This document shows, in pieces, positions 19,099 through 30,049 of a stretch of DNA of 64,000 nucleotides. The DNA lies in NCBI GenBank assembly GCA_965218795.1, contig OZ244653.1:3936001-4000000 (forward strand), given 5' to 3'. Below the pieces are notes generated by a model that was not told where the DNA came from, did no database searches, and was given only the letters and a program-made list of their open reading frames with translations. The translations under genes and the position numbers were made by a program. Origin of the DNA: a bacterium (GTDB lineage Bacteria > UBA8248 > JACPRG01 > G963555815). Positions within the stretch are counted from its first letter, which is position 1. Every line of letters begins with the position of its first letter.

Positions 19099-20187
19099 CT
19101 AGTGTACTGTCGCAGAAATTTTTTCACAAAGGCGTTTGATCTTTGCAAGGATGGAATCGGCCGTGGCCGTCCACACAAACGGCTGGGCGTTTTCGTTCCA
19201 GTGGTCGGTGAATCGGTCAATCCGGCGGATCAGTTCTTTCACTTTGTTGAAGGAGCCCCGTCGAATCGCACGTTGCGTGATGATGTGAAACCAGATTTCC
19301 ACTTGGTTGAGCCAGGAAGCATACGTCGGCGTGAAGTGGAGTTGAAACCGTGGGTGTCTTGCCAACCATTGCTTGATTTTGGCGTGCTTGTGGGTGGCGT
19401 AGTTGTCGATCACCAAATGAATGTCCAAATCCGGCGGCACCTGCTCCTCGATGTGGCGTAGAAACTGAAGAAATTCCTGATGACGATGGCGGGGCTTACA
19501 CTGCGCCATGACTTCTCCGGTCTGGATGTCCAGCGCGGCAAACAGAGTCGTTGTGCCATGGCGCCTGTAGTCGTGGGTGACCCCTTCCACATAGCCCAAG
19601 CCCAAGGGCAGCAACGGCTGCGTGCGTTCCAGAGCCTGGACCTGGCTCTTCTCGTCCACGCACAGCACCATGGCATGCTCGGGCGGATTCAGGTATAACC
19701 CCACGATGTCGCGTACTTTCTCCACGAAGAAGGGATCCGTGGAGAGTTTGAAGTGCGCTTGTCGATGGGGCTGCAACCCGAAGGCACGCCAGATGCGATG
19801 CACCGTATCTTTGGATACACCCGTCGCCTGCGCCATGGAACGCACCGTCCACTGGGTCGCCTCGTTGGGACGCTCTTTGAGTGTCTTGTATACGACCTCG
19901 GCCACTTGCTCATCCTCAATCGATCGCGGCGCTCCAGGCCGCAATTCGTCATACAGGCCGATCAGGCCGCGGTCGAGATACCGCTGGCGCCATTTTCCCA
20001 CGGTGGCACGATTCACGCCAAGCGCCTCGCCAACCGCACGATTGGGCTTGCCATCGGCGGCCAACAAGACAATCTGGGCACGGCGCACCAGCCCATGGGG
20101 TAGGCTGCGGGAATGGGCCATAGACTCCAATTGCTGTCGAGCATCATCGCTCAACTCCAAAGCTTTCAGCGGGCGTCCCCGTGGCAT
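19099..20187 (-). CDS. IS630 transposase
   Basis: [23 protein letters not shown] (DDE). Confidence 0.95.
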   Translation of the reverse strand: MPRGRPLKALELSDDARQQLESMAHSRSLPHGLVRRAQIVLLAADGKPNRAVGEALGVNRATVGKWRQRYLDRGLIGLYDELRPGAPRSIEDEQVAEVVYKTLKERPNEATQWTVRSMAQATGVSKDTVHRIWRAFGLQPHRQAHFKLSTDPFFVEKVRDIVGLYLNPPEHAMVLCVDEKSQVQALERTQPLLPLGLGYVEGVTHDYRRHGTTTLFAALDIQTGEVMAQCKPRHRHQEFLQFLRHIEEQVPPDLDIHLVIDNYATHKHAKIKQWLARHPRFQLHFTPTYASWLNQVEIWFHIITQRAIRRGSFNKVKELIRRIDRFTDHWNENAQPFVWTATADSILAKIKRLCEKISATVH

Positions 20188-20270
20188 AGGTTCCTCCTTG
20201 AAAAAGGGGTGATCAGGAAACCTATGCACAAACATGACTTTTGCCTACTTATTCTTGAGACGAAACACTA
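19100..20270 (-). mobile_element. IS630-family insertion sequence, apparently intact
   Basis: TAGTGT-starting imperfect IRs, CTAG/TA at both ends, full transposase. Confidence 0.92.
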
Positions 20271-20400
20271 GGGGCCACCATTCATAAAGTGTACGACTAG
20301 GTATCTTCCCGAACAAATGATATCTTGCAAAGGGAAGAAATCCGATAAAGCAGCTCTGAATATTCCAAACCAGACGGCCGCCCGAGCAGGAGGAGAACCG

Positions 20401-21432
20401 ATGAAGGGAAACATTCTGATCGCCGTGGTAGGGGGTCTGGGTCTGGCGCTCGGCCATCTGGCTTCGCCGGTTCACGCGGACGAGGTCCTGTTCTGTGCCG
20501 ATTGGGCCCTGTACGGAAAGCATACCCCTTATGTCGTCGCGCGGGACAAGGGCTTCTTCAAAGAGGAGGGGATCGACATCCGGATCCAGCGGGGCTATGG
20601 TTCAGGGGACACGACCAAGCGGGCGGCCGCCCAGGATTGTGCGTACGGGATGGCGAGCGTGGGGCCCGTCGCCTTTGGCTTGAACCGGGGTCTGGCCGTC
20701 AAGGTCATCGGCATCTTGGCGCACAAGTTTCAGGGGGCCATCTACTCGTTTGAAGATGCGGGGATCCGGAGGCCCAAAGACCTCGTGGGCAAGCGGCTGA
20801 CGCCCGGTCCCAAGTCGACCGCCGACTACGCCATGTTCCCGGTCTTTGCCAAGGCGAACGGGATCAACATGACGGGCTTCAACTGGGTGTTCATGGACCA
20901 TTCCATCATCCCCTCGAGCCTGGGCGCGGGGACCATCGACGCCGCCCTCGACTTCCACACCCAGATCCCCCGGTACCGGAAGGTGGCAAAGCAGTCGGGC
21001 AAGAATCTGATGACCATGCTTTGGGCGGATCACGGGTTGGACATTTATTCCAGCGCCCTCGTGACGAGCACGAAAAACGTCTCGGCGGCCAAATCCGACC
21101 CAACCCGTCGGTTCGTCAAATCCGTGTACCGCGGTATTGCCTGGACCTTGGCCCACCCCGATGAAGGAATCCGGATCTTTCTCAAGGGCGCGCCCGAGCA
21201 GACCTTCGAGACCATCAAGGGAACGCTCGACATCTTCATGGAGCATCTCTTCGACGGTCTTTCCGACAAGCAGGGGATCGGACACGTCCACCATCCGAAG
21301 ATGGAAAAGACCATGCGGGTCACGGTCGAGTCCAAGAAGCAGACCCTCAAGGTGAACGTCCGGGACACGTACACCAACGAGTACGTCGACGCGCTTCCGA
21401 AGGAGATCCGATTCGCCCGGCCGAAATCCTAA
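20401..21432 (+). CDS. ABC substrate-binding protein, NMT1/THI5 family
   Basis: Signal peptide, DW..YGKH, KGFFKEEGID, RGYGS, YTNEY. Confidence 0.88.
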   Translation: MKGNILIAVVGGLGLALGHLASPVHADEVLFCADWALYGKHTPYVVARDKGFFKEEGIDIRIQRGYGSGDTTKRAAAQDCAYGMASVGPVAFGLNRGLAVKVIGILAHKFQGAIYSFEDAGIRRPKDLVGKRLTPGPKSTADYAMFPVFAKANGINMTGFNWVFMDHSIIPSSLGAGTIDAALDFHTQIPRYRKVAKQSGKNLMTMLWADHGLDIYSSALVTSTKNVSAAKSDPTRRFVKSVYRGIAWTLAHPDEGIRIFLKGAPEQTFETIKGTLDIFMEHLFDGLSDKQGIGHVHHPKMEKTMRVTVESKKQTLKVNVRDTYTNEYVDALPKEIRFARPKS

Positions 21433-21618
21433 CCTGATTTTCCCGCAAAGCGATGTGGATTCGTCGGGACGAAGGAGCAGTGCGCCTTGCCATGGGATGG
21501 GGTTGATCCGCTATCGGCGGCGTGAGCCCCCTATAGACCCTGTCATTCCGAGGTCTGCTTCGGAGATCCTCTTCCGAAGAATCTCGTTGTTTGCGAGAGC
21601 GACGGCCCCCCGGCCGGC

Positions 21619-22728
21619 CTACTTCATCTTCTCCTCCAGCCAGTCGAACATATACCGGTGGGCCAGGCTGAGGTTGTCGAGCTGGCAGTGGGTCTCTCCG
21701 GTCTCGGCGCGCGAGAAAATCTTCAACGCTTTCTCGCACGTGGCCGCCTCGTACATCCTGCGGGCATGTGACACGCTGATCTGGACGTCCTCTTCCCCGT
21801 GCGTCACGAGGAGGGGGCAGCGGATCTTGTCCACCACGCCTTCCAGCCGGAATTTTTTCGCCTTCTCCCGGGCGTCGGGGACGTCCTTCGCTCTCATCAG
21901 CCAGACGAAATGCTTCATGAGCGGATGGTCATCGGACCGGGTGTCCCAAACTTCCGCGAAGTCATAAATGGCGCCCCAGACGATGCAGGCGCAGAGACGG
22001 TGCTCGAAGGACGCCGCCCGGGGAGCCAGATAGCCGCCCATGCTGAGCCCCATCAGGGCGATGCGGTCCGGATCCACGTCCGGCCGCGTCACCAGGTAGT
22101 CCACCCCCGCCGAGACGGGGACCTCGAAGTCATACCGGCCGAACAGTCCCCGCTCCCGCAGGCTGGCCCCCTGGCCCGGTCCTTCCATCACGCAGCAGGA
22201 GATCCCCCGCTCGACCACCGACCGCGCCGCGAAAAAGAACAACTCTTCCGCGATGGATTCCAGCCCGCCGATGAACAAGAGGGTTGCGTTTTGCTCAGCG
22301 CCGCGCGCCGGGAAAAAATATCCGGGGAGGGACTGTCCTCCTTCGTACGGGATCTCGATCACTTCCGGAGGAATCGATAGATGTTGCGCTGCGTCCCGGA
22401 AACACGCCCGGATTTTTTCGTAGTTTTCCGGCCGGCGCGGGTCGTCGTGAGGGAGGAAGAACTCGGCGTTCCGGTAGTAATTCGCCGCCCGGAGCAAGGC
22501 TTCGCGCCCGCTGACGGTATGGCCCCCGGCCAGGGATTCCCTGCCCATCGATTCGACGCGCCCCGCGAGCGCCGAGAACTCTCCGAACCAGGAATCGATG
22601 TCATACAGCGTGATGCGCTCCGCGGCGCCGTGCACCTCGTGAAATTGTCCGCCGCCGAAGTCTCCCGCGCCGAACGTGCGGACGATCTGATAGGACCAGG
22701 TGTACGCATCAGGCCAGAACCAGTACAC
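21619..22728 (-). CDS. Alpha/beta hydrolase (2,6-dihydroxypseudooxynicotine hydrolase/FrsA-like)
   Basis: RAANYY, EGPGQG, GLSMGG nucleophile, C-terminal HCQ. Confidence 0.85.
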   Translation of the reverse strand: MYWFWPDAYTWSYQIVRTFGAGDFGGGQFHEVHGAAERITLYDIDSWFGEFSALAGRVESMGRESLAGGHTVSGREALLRAANYYRNAEFFLPHDDPRRPENYEKIRACFRDAAQHLSIPPEVIEIPYEGGQSLPGYFFPARGAEQNATLLFIGGLESIAEELFFFAARSVVERGISCCVMEGPGQGASLRERGLFGRYDFEVPVSAGVDYLVTRPDVDPDRIALMGLSMGGYLAPRAASFEHRLCACIVWGAIYDFAEVWDTRSDDHPLMKHFVWLMRAKDVPDAREKAKKFRLEGVVDKIRCPLLVTHGEEDVQISVSHARRMYEAATCEKALKIFSRAETGETHCQLDNLSLAHRYMFDWLEEKMK

Positions 22729-22824
22729 GTCGAACTCCCTTCTTCATCGGCTTGGGGATTGGATGGGAAGCGTGGGGTTCTCTCAGATCGTCCGGGGGCG
22801 GAATCAAGAACTGCAAGAAGTCCG

Positions 22825-23634
22825 TCATGAACCGGCGGTCCCCGTCTCCAATCGATAATCGCCGCCGGGATCGAGGATCGCGACCAGCCGGACGATGCAG
22901 CCGTCCCCCTTTGTCCATTTCCAGGGGAAGGCGGCGAAGGTGCAGCGCTTGCCGGTCACCTTGTCGAGCTCTCCGCCCACGTTCTCGATCCCCGGGATCC
23001 CCGCCCTCAACAGCTCCCGGTGGCAGGGCTCCCATTCAGGGAAATCCTCGACGGCCTCCCGCCCGGTTTCCGCCTTGTATTCTTCGAGCAGGTGCGGAAG
23101 CAGCGGACCGTTGCGCTGGGGCCCGATGGCCGTGGCCATCGGGTGATCGGTCGCCTGAAGGTCGCAGCCGACCATCTTGACGCCCTTTTGCCGAAGCCAG
23201 GTTCCCGCTTCCTGATAGAGTCCCGGCGCGTAGCCGAAATATTCGAGGTTGTCCCCGTACTTGTGATGCCAGCCGGTGTTGATGATGACGATGTCGCCGG
23301 GCCGTATCTCCGGCCGGGCGCGCTCCAAATCCTCCGGCGTGATGACCTCCCACTTGCCCTTGGGTATGGAGACGGCCACTCCGGTGCCGAAGAAGGTCTC
23401 GAGCGGAAGCTCGTCGATGAACTTCTCGCCCTCGATGACGTGCGCGGGGGCGTCCATATGCGTCGTGCTGTGCATGACGGTCGTGATGCGCTGGGTCAGG
23501 ACGCCGGATTTGGCGTGGTAATGGATTCGCTCGGTCTGGACGTCCTGAAAATAGGGCCAGTTGGGGACGCCGTGACCCCACGGGTGGCTCAAATCATAGA
23601 ACTCCAGACCGGACGGTCCGTTTTCGGGGCTCAT
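22825..23634 (-). CDS. Cyclase family protein (kynurenine formamidase-like metal hydrolase)
   Basis: DLSHP, HSTTHMDAPAH, GIEN, GDGC.VR. Confidence 0.88.
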   Translation of the reverse strand: MSPENGPSGLEFYDLSHPWGHGVPNWPYFQDVQTERIHYHAKSGVLTQRITTVMHSTTHMDAPAHVIEGEKFIDELPLETFFGTGVAVSIPKGKWEVITPEDLERARPEIRPGDIVIINTGWHHKYGDNLEYFGYAPGLYQEAGTWLRQKGVKMVGCDLQATDHPMATAIGPQRNGPLLPHLLEEYKAETGREAVEDFPEWEPCHRELLRAGIPGIENVGGELDKVTGKRCTFAAFPWKWTKGDGCIVRLVAILDPGGDYRLETGTAGS

Positions 23635-23721
23635 CTTGGTTTCCTGTGGTATCGAGATTTCAGGCGTTATCGATGGACGATGGAGCCCGGAACATGATTG
23701 CGCGCTGTGGGCGCTTCTGGG

Positions 23722-24594
23722 TCAGGAGTTTCCTTCCTTGACATGATAGTCATCCCGTTCGGCCGGGCCGGGTTTGGAGATCGTATCGTACATCGAGTGC
23801 CGCCGCTCCTTCAGGATGCCGGGGATGGCCCGGTAAGGCTTGGGGATGACCATCTGCTGCTCCCCGTCGCGCAGCCACGCCAAGCGGTCCAGGTCGAGGT
23901 CGGCCACGATGACGCCCGGCTCTTTGGATTCCACGAGGACGCCCTCCGGCCCGGCGATCATTCCCAGGCCATCTTCCTTCCCCCAGATGTTTTGCGAGAC
24001 GACGACGTACGCCAGGTTCTCGATGGCCCGGGCCTGGACGAGGATCCTCCAGGAGGGGATCAGCTCGTACAGACACCCGCCGATGGGGGCGAAGAGGACA
24101 TCCGCGCCCTTCAGGGCCTGAACCCGACTGATCTCCGGGAGCCACAACTCCGAGCAGATCTGGAGGCCGAAGTTCCCGCGGTCGGTCTCGAAGACGGGAA
24201 TCTCTTCTCCGGGGCCGATGGTCTTCCCCGGCATCAGGAACTGTTCCACGCCCGGGGGATTGGGATGGGAGCGGCGGTAGATGCCCTTTACCTCCCCGCC
24301 GGGGGAGATCAGCTGAAGCGCCAGGTGGTAGACCCCGTCGCCGAATTCCGCGGCCTCGAGGACCTTGCTGGCGATGACGAACATGCCGTGGTCGCGGGCC
24401 TTTTCACAAAGCGCGGGGAAGGGATCGAAGCTCAGCGGTCCGTTGTACGGCCCCGGATACCCTTCCGGAAAAACCGCGACCTGCGCGCCCGCCTCGGCGG
24501 CCTCGTCGAGATAGGCAAGCGCACCGGCCTCGTTGCGAGGCTCATCCTCCCCCCGAAAGGCCTGGGGCTGAATTGCGGCCACGCGGACGATCAT
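23722..24594 (-). CDS. Carbon-nitrogen hydrolase family protein
   Basis: VFPE, YRRSH, ICSE, ARAIEN. Confidence 0.85.
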   Translation of the reverse strand: MIVRVAAIQPQAFRGEDEPRNEAGALAYLDEAAEAGAQVAVFPEGYPGPYNGPLSFDPFPALCEKARDHGMFVIASKVLEAAEFGDGVYHLALQLISPGGEVKGIYRRSHPNPPGVEQFLMPGKTIGPGEEIPVFETDRGNFGLQICSELWLPEISRVQALKGADVLFAPIGGCLYELIPSWRILVQARAIENLAYVVVSQNIWGKEDGLGMIAGPEGVLVESKEPGVIVADLDLDRLAWLRDGEQQMVIPKPYRAIPGILKERRHSMYDTISKPGPAERDDYHVKEGNS

Positions 24595-24632
24595 GTCAAT
24601 GGGTCTCCAACCAAAAGGGGTTCCCGCAGTGC

Positions 24633-27467
24633 TCAGACGGGCGTGACTTCCGCGGTCTCCTTCTTCGCCTTATCGAGCAGATCCCGCAGCTTGTCCGGCT
24701 TGAGCGGCAGGTCCGTCGCGCGAACGCCGACGGCGTCGTGCACCGCGTTGATGATGGCCGGCGCGCCGGGCAGGAGCGATGCTTCGGCGATGCCCTTGGC
24801 CCCGTAGGGCCCCTCGGGCTCGGCCTCCTCGATGATGAAGGGGACGATCTCGGGCGCTTTCTCGATGGTCGGGATCCCGAGCTGGGTCAGCGTCCGGGTC
24901 TTGGGGATGCCGTCCTCCACGACGTATTCCTCCGAGAGCGCATAGCCCATGGCCTGAACGACGCTTCCTTCCACCTGTCCCTCGATTCCGAGCGGGTAGA
25001 TGGCCGTGCCGCAGTCGGTCGCAGAGAACATCTTCAGCACGTCCACCTCTCCGGAGTCTTCGCGCACCTCCACGACGGCCACGGTCGCGACGAAGGTGAA
25101 ACTGTGATAGTTGCGGTAATCCTTTCTCTCGATCCCGAGCTCCGCCTCGGGATCGAAGACCGGGGGAAAGGTGTCCGGGCAGAGATAGTTGTATTCATGG
25201 GTCAGGTCCACGTCCTGGTCGCGCGCGAGATTCACGACCTCCTGATTGGTCGCAATCCGCTTTCCGCCGCTCGCTCGGAAAACCTTTCCATCCTCCCACT
25301 CGATGTCCTCGGAAGCGATTTCGTGATTCTCGCTCACGAATTTGAACAGCTTCTCCCGGAATTCCTTCGCGGCTCCATACACGGCGTTGCCCGTGGTGTA
25401 GGTCTGGCGCGACCCGGCGGTGCGGCCGCAGTCGAGGGTCAGCTCGGTGTCGGGCGTCATGAGCTTCACGTCTTCATAGGGAATGCCCAGGGTCTCCGAG
25501 GCGATCTGGGCGATGACCGTGCTCTGGCCTCCTCCGATGTCTGCGGCTCCGGTGCGGACCCGGACCGATCCATCCTCCAGAAGCTCGACGATGGCCCCGG
25601 CCCGATCCGGCCGCCCCTGCCCGACGCCGATGTTCTTGTAGGCCGACGCCACGCCGATGCCGACCTTCCCGCCGTTGCGCGGCGAGAAGGGCATCTCGGT
25701 CCTCACGGCCTCCTGCAAACGGGTCAAGCAGTCTTCGATGCCCACGGTGCAGTTCAGGTCGACGCCGGTCGGCATGGTGGATCCGCGCCGGAGGATGTTT
25801 TTGAGCCTGAGATCGAACGGGTCCATCTCCAGCTTCCGGGCGATGATGTCCATCTGGCTTTCCATGGCGAAGCTGACCTGATTGATCCCGAACCCCCGGA
25901 ACGAGCCGCAGGGGATGTTGTTGGTGTAGGCGCGGCGTCCATGGAGCCGAAGATTGGGGATTTCGTAGGGTCCGGCCGAAAACATCGTGGCGTTTCCGAT
26001 GACCCAGGGCCCGGTGTAGGCGTACGGGCCGCCGTCGGCCAGGATCCGGGTCTCCACGCCGGTGAGCCTTCCCTCATGATCCACCGCAGTCCTGTAATGC
26101 ATCTTCATCGGATGCTTGCGGTGGTGGATCAGGAGAGACTCCGCGCGCGATACGGTGATCTTGACCGGCCGTCCGGTTTTCAAGGCCCCCAGCGCAAGAT
26201 AGGGATGGAGGGACAGGTCCTCCTTCCCTCCGAAGGCGCCCCCGATGGCGAGGACGACCTCCCTCATCTTCTCTTTTGGCAGCCCGATGGCTTGGCACAG
26301 GTCGTCCCGGTCCATGAACAGGCACTGCGAGGCGATCATGAGCGTGAGGATGCCGCGCTCATCGACGTAGGCCACCCCCGATTCTGGCTCCAGAAAGCAA
26401 TGGTCGATCCGAGAGCAGGAGTAGTCGCCCTCGACCACGAGATGGGCCTCGGCGAACGCCCGATCCACGTCCCCCCGCTCCAGGGCGACCTCGTGCAGGA
26501 TGTTTCCCGTGGGGTGGTCTTCATGAATGATGGGGGCGTCCGGGAGCGTGGCCGCTTCGGGGGAGAAGACGCCGGGAATGTCCTCGTAGTCGACCTTGAT
26601 TTTTTGGAGGGCCGCTTCCGCCTGCTCCGGCGTTTCGGCGAAGACGGCGGCGAGCGCGTCGGCGACGCTCCGGATCTTGTCGCGCGCGAAGACCGGCTTG
26701 TCCTTGACGCGAACCCCCATTTTGTTCGTACCCTGTACGTCCTTCTCCGTGAGCACGGCCGCGACCCCCGGAGAGCGCTCCGCCCCGCTGATGTCCAGGG
26801 TGTACTTGGCCGAGGGCCGCTCGCTGTACAGCAGCTTTCCGTACAGCATGCCCTCCATGTAGACGTCATCGGCGAAGATCTCGCGTCCGGTCGCCTTGTC
26901 CACGGCATCGACCTTGATGACGGATTTTCGGACGGCGTGATCGGATTCCTCGATGGCGGATTTCCCGAATCCTTCGGGCCAGCCGCCGTTCTCGTTGTAA
27001 TGGGCCGCCGCCTGCACCGCCTGGATGACCTTGCGGTATCCCGTGCACCGGCAGAGGATGCCCTTGAGTCCCCGCTTGATGTCGCCGACCGAGGGGGCGG
27101 GGTTCGCCTCCAGGAGCGCCCGGGCGGCCAGGACGTAAGCGGGGATGCAAAACCCGCACTGAATGGCCCCGCTCTTGACGAAGGCTTCCTGGACGACGTC
27201 CAGGGGCGCGCCGGACGGTTCCCCTTCGATGGTCTCAACGGACCGGCCCTCGAGAGCGTCCATGTTCACCAGGCAGGCGAGCTCCGGCGCACCGTCGACC
27301 AGCACCGTGCATACGCCGCAATCCCCGTCGCCCGGCGTGCACCCCACCTTCGTTCCCGTCAGGCGCAATTCATCCCGAAGGTAGCGGACCAGCGGCAGGT
27401 CGGCATCGACTTTCGCCGCGTGGTCCTGATGGTTGATCCGAAGGTTGACCGTTCGGGTGGGACACAT
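24633..27467 (-). CDS. Xanthine-oxidase-family molybdenum hydroxylase with fused 2x[2Fe-2S] domain
   Basis: GC..GDCGVC, QCGFC, CRCTGY, GGAFGGK, FRGFG, AGSRQT, KGIAE. Confidence 0.93.
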   Translation of the reverse strand: MCPTRTVNLRINHQDHAAKVDADLPLVRYLRDELRLTGTKVGCTPGDGDCGVCTVLVDGAPELACLVNMDALEGRSVETIEGEPSGAPLDVVQEAFVKSGAIQCGFCIPAYVLAARALLEANPAPSVGDIKRGLKGILCRCTGYRKVIQAVQAAAHYNENGGWPEGFGKSAIEESDHAVRKSVIKVDAVDKATGREIFADDVYMEGMLYGKLLYSERPSAKYTLDISGAERSPGVAAVLTEKDVQGTNKMGVRVKDKPVFARDKIRSVADALAAVFAETPEQAEAALQKIKVDYEDIPGVFSPEAATLPDAPIIHEDHPTGNILHEVALERGDVDRAFAEAHLVVEGDYSCSRIDHCFLEPESGVAYVDERGILTLMIASQCLFMDRDDLCQAIGLPKEKMREVVLAIGGAFGGKEDLSLHPYLALGALKTGRPVKITVSRAESLLIHHRKHPMKMHYRTAVDHEGRLTGVETRILADGGPYAYTGPWVIGNATMFSAGPYEIPNLRLHGRRAYTNNIPCGSFRGFGINQVSFAMESQMDIIARKLEMDPFDLRLKNILRRGSTMPTGVDLNCTVGIEDCLTRLQEAVRTEMPFSPRNGGKVGIGVASAYKNIGVGQGRPDRAGAIVELLEDGSVRVRTGAADIGGGQSTVIAQIASETLGIPYEDVKLMTPDTELTLDCGRTAGSRQTYTTGNAVYGAAKEFREKLFKFVSENHEIASEDIEWEDGKVFRASGGKRIATNQEVVNLARDQDVDLTHEYNYLCPDTFPPVFDPEAELGIERKDYRNYHSFTFVATVAVVEVREDSGEVDVLKMFSATDCGTAIYPLGIEGQVEGSVVQAMGYALSEEYVVEDGIPKTRTLTQLGIPTIEKAPEIVPFIIEEAEPEGPYGAKGIAEASLLPGAPAIINAVHDAVGVRATDLPLKPDKLRDLLDKAKKETAEVTPV

Positions 27468-27608
27468 GGATGGGCCTCCCTGATTCGTCGCCGCAGGTGC
27501 GCTTCAACCATCCGAAGTCATGATCCTCCATCGAATGGATGTCCGAACGCTCACGGCCTTGGCCCGAGGAGGACCGAGACCGTGAGCCGGTACTGCCCCC
27601 AACGCGCT

Positions 27609-28658
27609 CTAGAGAGACCTTCCGATACTCTTCAGATAGTCTTTCATTTCCTGCGGAATCTCCGGCAGCGGCGCCTTCGGCAGGTACTGATTCGTGTAAA
27701 GATCCGACAAGGGGATCTTCCCCACCTTCGGCTTGGCCTTCGCCATCATATCCCGCGTTCTCTTCCACTTTTTGTCCGTCATGTGAAAGAGACCCAGCCG
27801 CTTTTGGGCGGGGGTCAGGGTCGTAAGCAGGGAGATGAACCAGACCTCCTTTTGAATCTGTCGGTCATGGCGACCATCCTGCTTGATCAGAAATTCAAGG
27901 CCTTCCTTGGGGTTCTGAATGGCTTCCCGGAAGCCCTTGATCGTGGCCCGCATGAACTTCCTCACGACATCTTCCCGCTCTTTGATCATCTTCTCCGTCG
28001 TCGCGGGGCCAAAGGCATAAACGTCCAGCCCGTAGTCGGCCAAAGCCAGATCCCTGATCTTCAACCCTTGCTTGGCCGCGAGACGGCTGAGAAAGGGGTA
28101 CTCGGTGATAAAGCCCGTGGCGGCGTCGAAGGCCCCGGCCAACAGAGCCGGCGCCCGGGCCGAGGGGGTCGTATTGATCACCTTGACGGACTTCAGGTCG
28201 ATCCCGTTGATCTGGGAGAATGCCGGCATGTTGACCCAGGTGGCGTCGCCGGCCGGCGTCCCGAAGGTTCGCCCTTCGATGTCCTTGGGATGCTTGATCC
28301 CCCGGCCTTCCACCGTGCGAATGACAAAGGGGACCCTGTCATGCTGCATGCCGATGATCTTCAGCTTCACCCCGGCCGCTCGACCGAATATGACGGAGGC
28401 GCAGACCACTCCCGCGATCTCGTAGGCCCCGGCCCCGAGCTTCTTGGCGGTATCCGCTCCGCCGAAGCCTCGGACGATATTCACGTTCAGGCCTTCGGCC
28501 TTGTAGTACCCCTTGTCCCGGGCCACCAGCCAACCGAGGTCGCGTCCGTACATCACCCATCCGAGGCTGTATGTGACTTTCTCCGCGGCGCTGGCCGCGG
28601 TGTACATCGCAAGGACCAGCGCTGCGACCCAAATCAACAATTTTCCGCTTCTAAGCAT
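27609..28658 (-). CDS. ABC substrate-binding protein, NMT1/THI5 family
   Basis: Signal peptide, W..YGRD, KGYYKAEGL, YTNQY; GAGGAG RBS. Confidence 0.88.
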   Translation of the reverse strand: MLRSGKLLIWVAALVLAMYTAASAAEKVTYSLGWVMYGRDLGWLVARDKGYYKAEGLNVNIVRGFGGADTAKKLGAGAYEIAGVVCASVIFGRAAGVKLKIIGMQHDRVPFVIRTVEGRGIKHPKDIEGRTFGTPAGDATWVNMPAFSQINGIDLKSVKVINTTPSARAPALLAGAFDAATGFITEYPFLSRLAAKQGLKIRDLALADYGLDVYAFGPATTEKMIKEREDVVRKFMRATIKGFREAIQNPKEGLEFLIKQDGRHDRQIQKEVWFISLLTTLTPAQKRLGLFHMTDKKWKRTRDMMAKAKPKVGKIPLSDLYTNQYLPKAPLPEIPQEMKDYLKSIGRSL

Positions 28659-29008
28659 GTCCCGTCTCCTCTCATCCACCCCCAGGTTCTGAAACAAGTC
28701 ACCGGCTCGTATCATGACGCGCCAGTGACCGAGCGGCCCGATAGACAGACTGTTGACATTCGTATGGGATTGAACCTAGCAGACCTCTTTTCTTTCCGTC
28801 AACAAGGATTTTCATCGCTGCAGATTCGTTTTCTTCCATGAGAAATCCGTTTGATTGCCGAATGAGATGGATTTTGATGAACGGACGACACGGGATCAGG
28901 GTGAAGCCTGATCCCGCGAATGGCCGCGCGGCTTGACACGCTTTCACCTGCGCCGGAGAATGAATTCCTCAGCAAAAGTTCGGAGTCAACCAAACTGGAG
29001 GGTCCGCC

Positions 29009-30049
29009 ATGCGTATTCTGAAAAGAATTCTTTTTTTGCCGGTCGCTGCGATATTGCTCCTTCCTGTTGCCCAACCGGCTTCATTCGGCGCCGAAAAGGT
29101 CGTCTTCAATCTGGGGTGGGTGCCGTATGGACGCGATCTTTCCTGGTACCACGCTCTGGAGAGCGGCCTCTATAAGGCCGAAGGGCTGGACGTGAAAATC
29201 GTCCGAGGCTACGGCGGCGCCAAGACCGCCAAGGACGTCGCTGCGGGAAATGCCACCTTTGGCGCAACGGACAGCGCCTCCCTGGTTCTGGGCCGGACGC
29301 GCGGACTGAAGATCAAGGCTGTCATCATGATGCACGATATCGCCCCCTTCCTCGTCCGGACGCTCGAAGGGAACGGCATCAATTCCCTGAAGGATCTGGA
29401 AGGGAAGAAGTTCGGCACCCCGGCGGGCGACGCCACCTGGGCGAATTTTCCGACCCTGGCCAAGATCAACGGGATCGATATCGGCAAGATGAAGGTCGTC
29501 AACGTGGCGCCCGCCGCCCGGGAGACCGGCCTGCTCGGCGGAGCGTATGTCGCCTGCACAGGCTTTGTCACGCAGGTCCCCATCTTCCGGAGGATGGCCG
29601 CCAAGCAGGGGAAAAAGGAGAAGATTTTCCTCCTCGCCAGGCACGGCCTGGACTTCTACGGCTTGCCTTACACCGCTACCGAACAGACGCTTGCGACACG
29701 CGGGGGGACCGTGAAAAAGTTTCTGAGGGCTTCCATGAAAGGTCTTGCCGAGGCCATGCAGAATCCTGAGAAGGCCATGGACGCGTTGATCAAGAACACG
29801 CCCACCGTGGCCCGCGGCCCGAACCGCGAGGTCTGGGACATCACGCTGGACCTGTGGGTGACACCCGATGCGAAGCGTCTGGGACTGGGCTGGATGACGG
29901 ACGAGAAGTGGCGGCGGACCCGCGACATCATCGTCAAGGCCAACAACATCAAGGCGGACATCCCCCTGAGCGATCTGTACACCAACGATTATCTGTCCAG
30001 GATCATGCCGCCCAAGCGCGCGCCGCGGGCCATCGAGCGGGTGTTCTAA
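29009..30049 (+). CDS. ABC substrate-binding protein, NMT1/THI5 family (paralog of 27609-28658)
   Basis: Shared motifs YGRDL, FGTPAGDATW.N.P, MTD.KW.RTRD. Confidence 0.88.
   Translation: MRILKRILFLPVAAILLLPVAQPASFGAEKVVFNLGWVPYGRDLSWYHALESGLYKAEGLDVKIVRGYGGAKTAKDVAAGNATFGATDSASLVLGRTRGLKIKAVIMMHDIAPFLVRTLEGNGINSLKDLEGKKFGTPAGDATWANFPTLAKINGIDIGKMKVVNVAPAARETGLLGGAYVACTGFVTQVPIFRRMAAKQGKKEKIFLLARHGLDFYGLPYTATEQTLATRGGTVKKFLRASMKGLAEAMQNPEKAMDALIKNTPTVARGPNREVWDITLDLWVTPDAKRLGLGWMTDEKWRRTRDIIVKANNIKADIPLSDLYTNDYLSRIMPPKRAPRAIERVF

Noticed and set aside
24573-28841. 1422-aa plus-strand ORF
   Set aside because: Antisense shadow of the Mo hydroxylase and binding-protein genes; no motifs; expected at high GC3.
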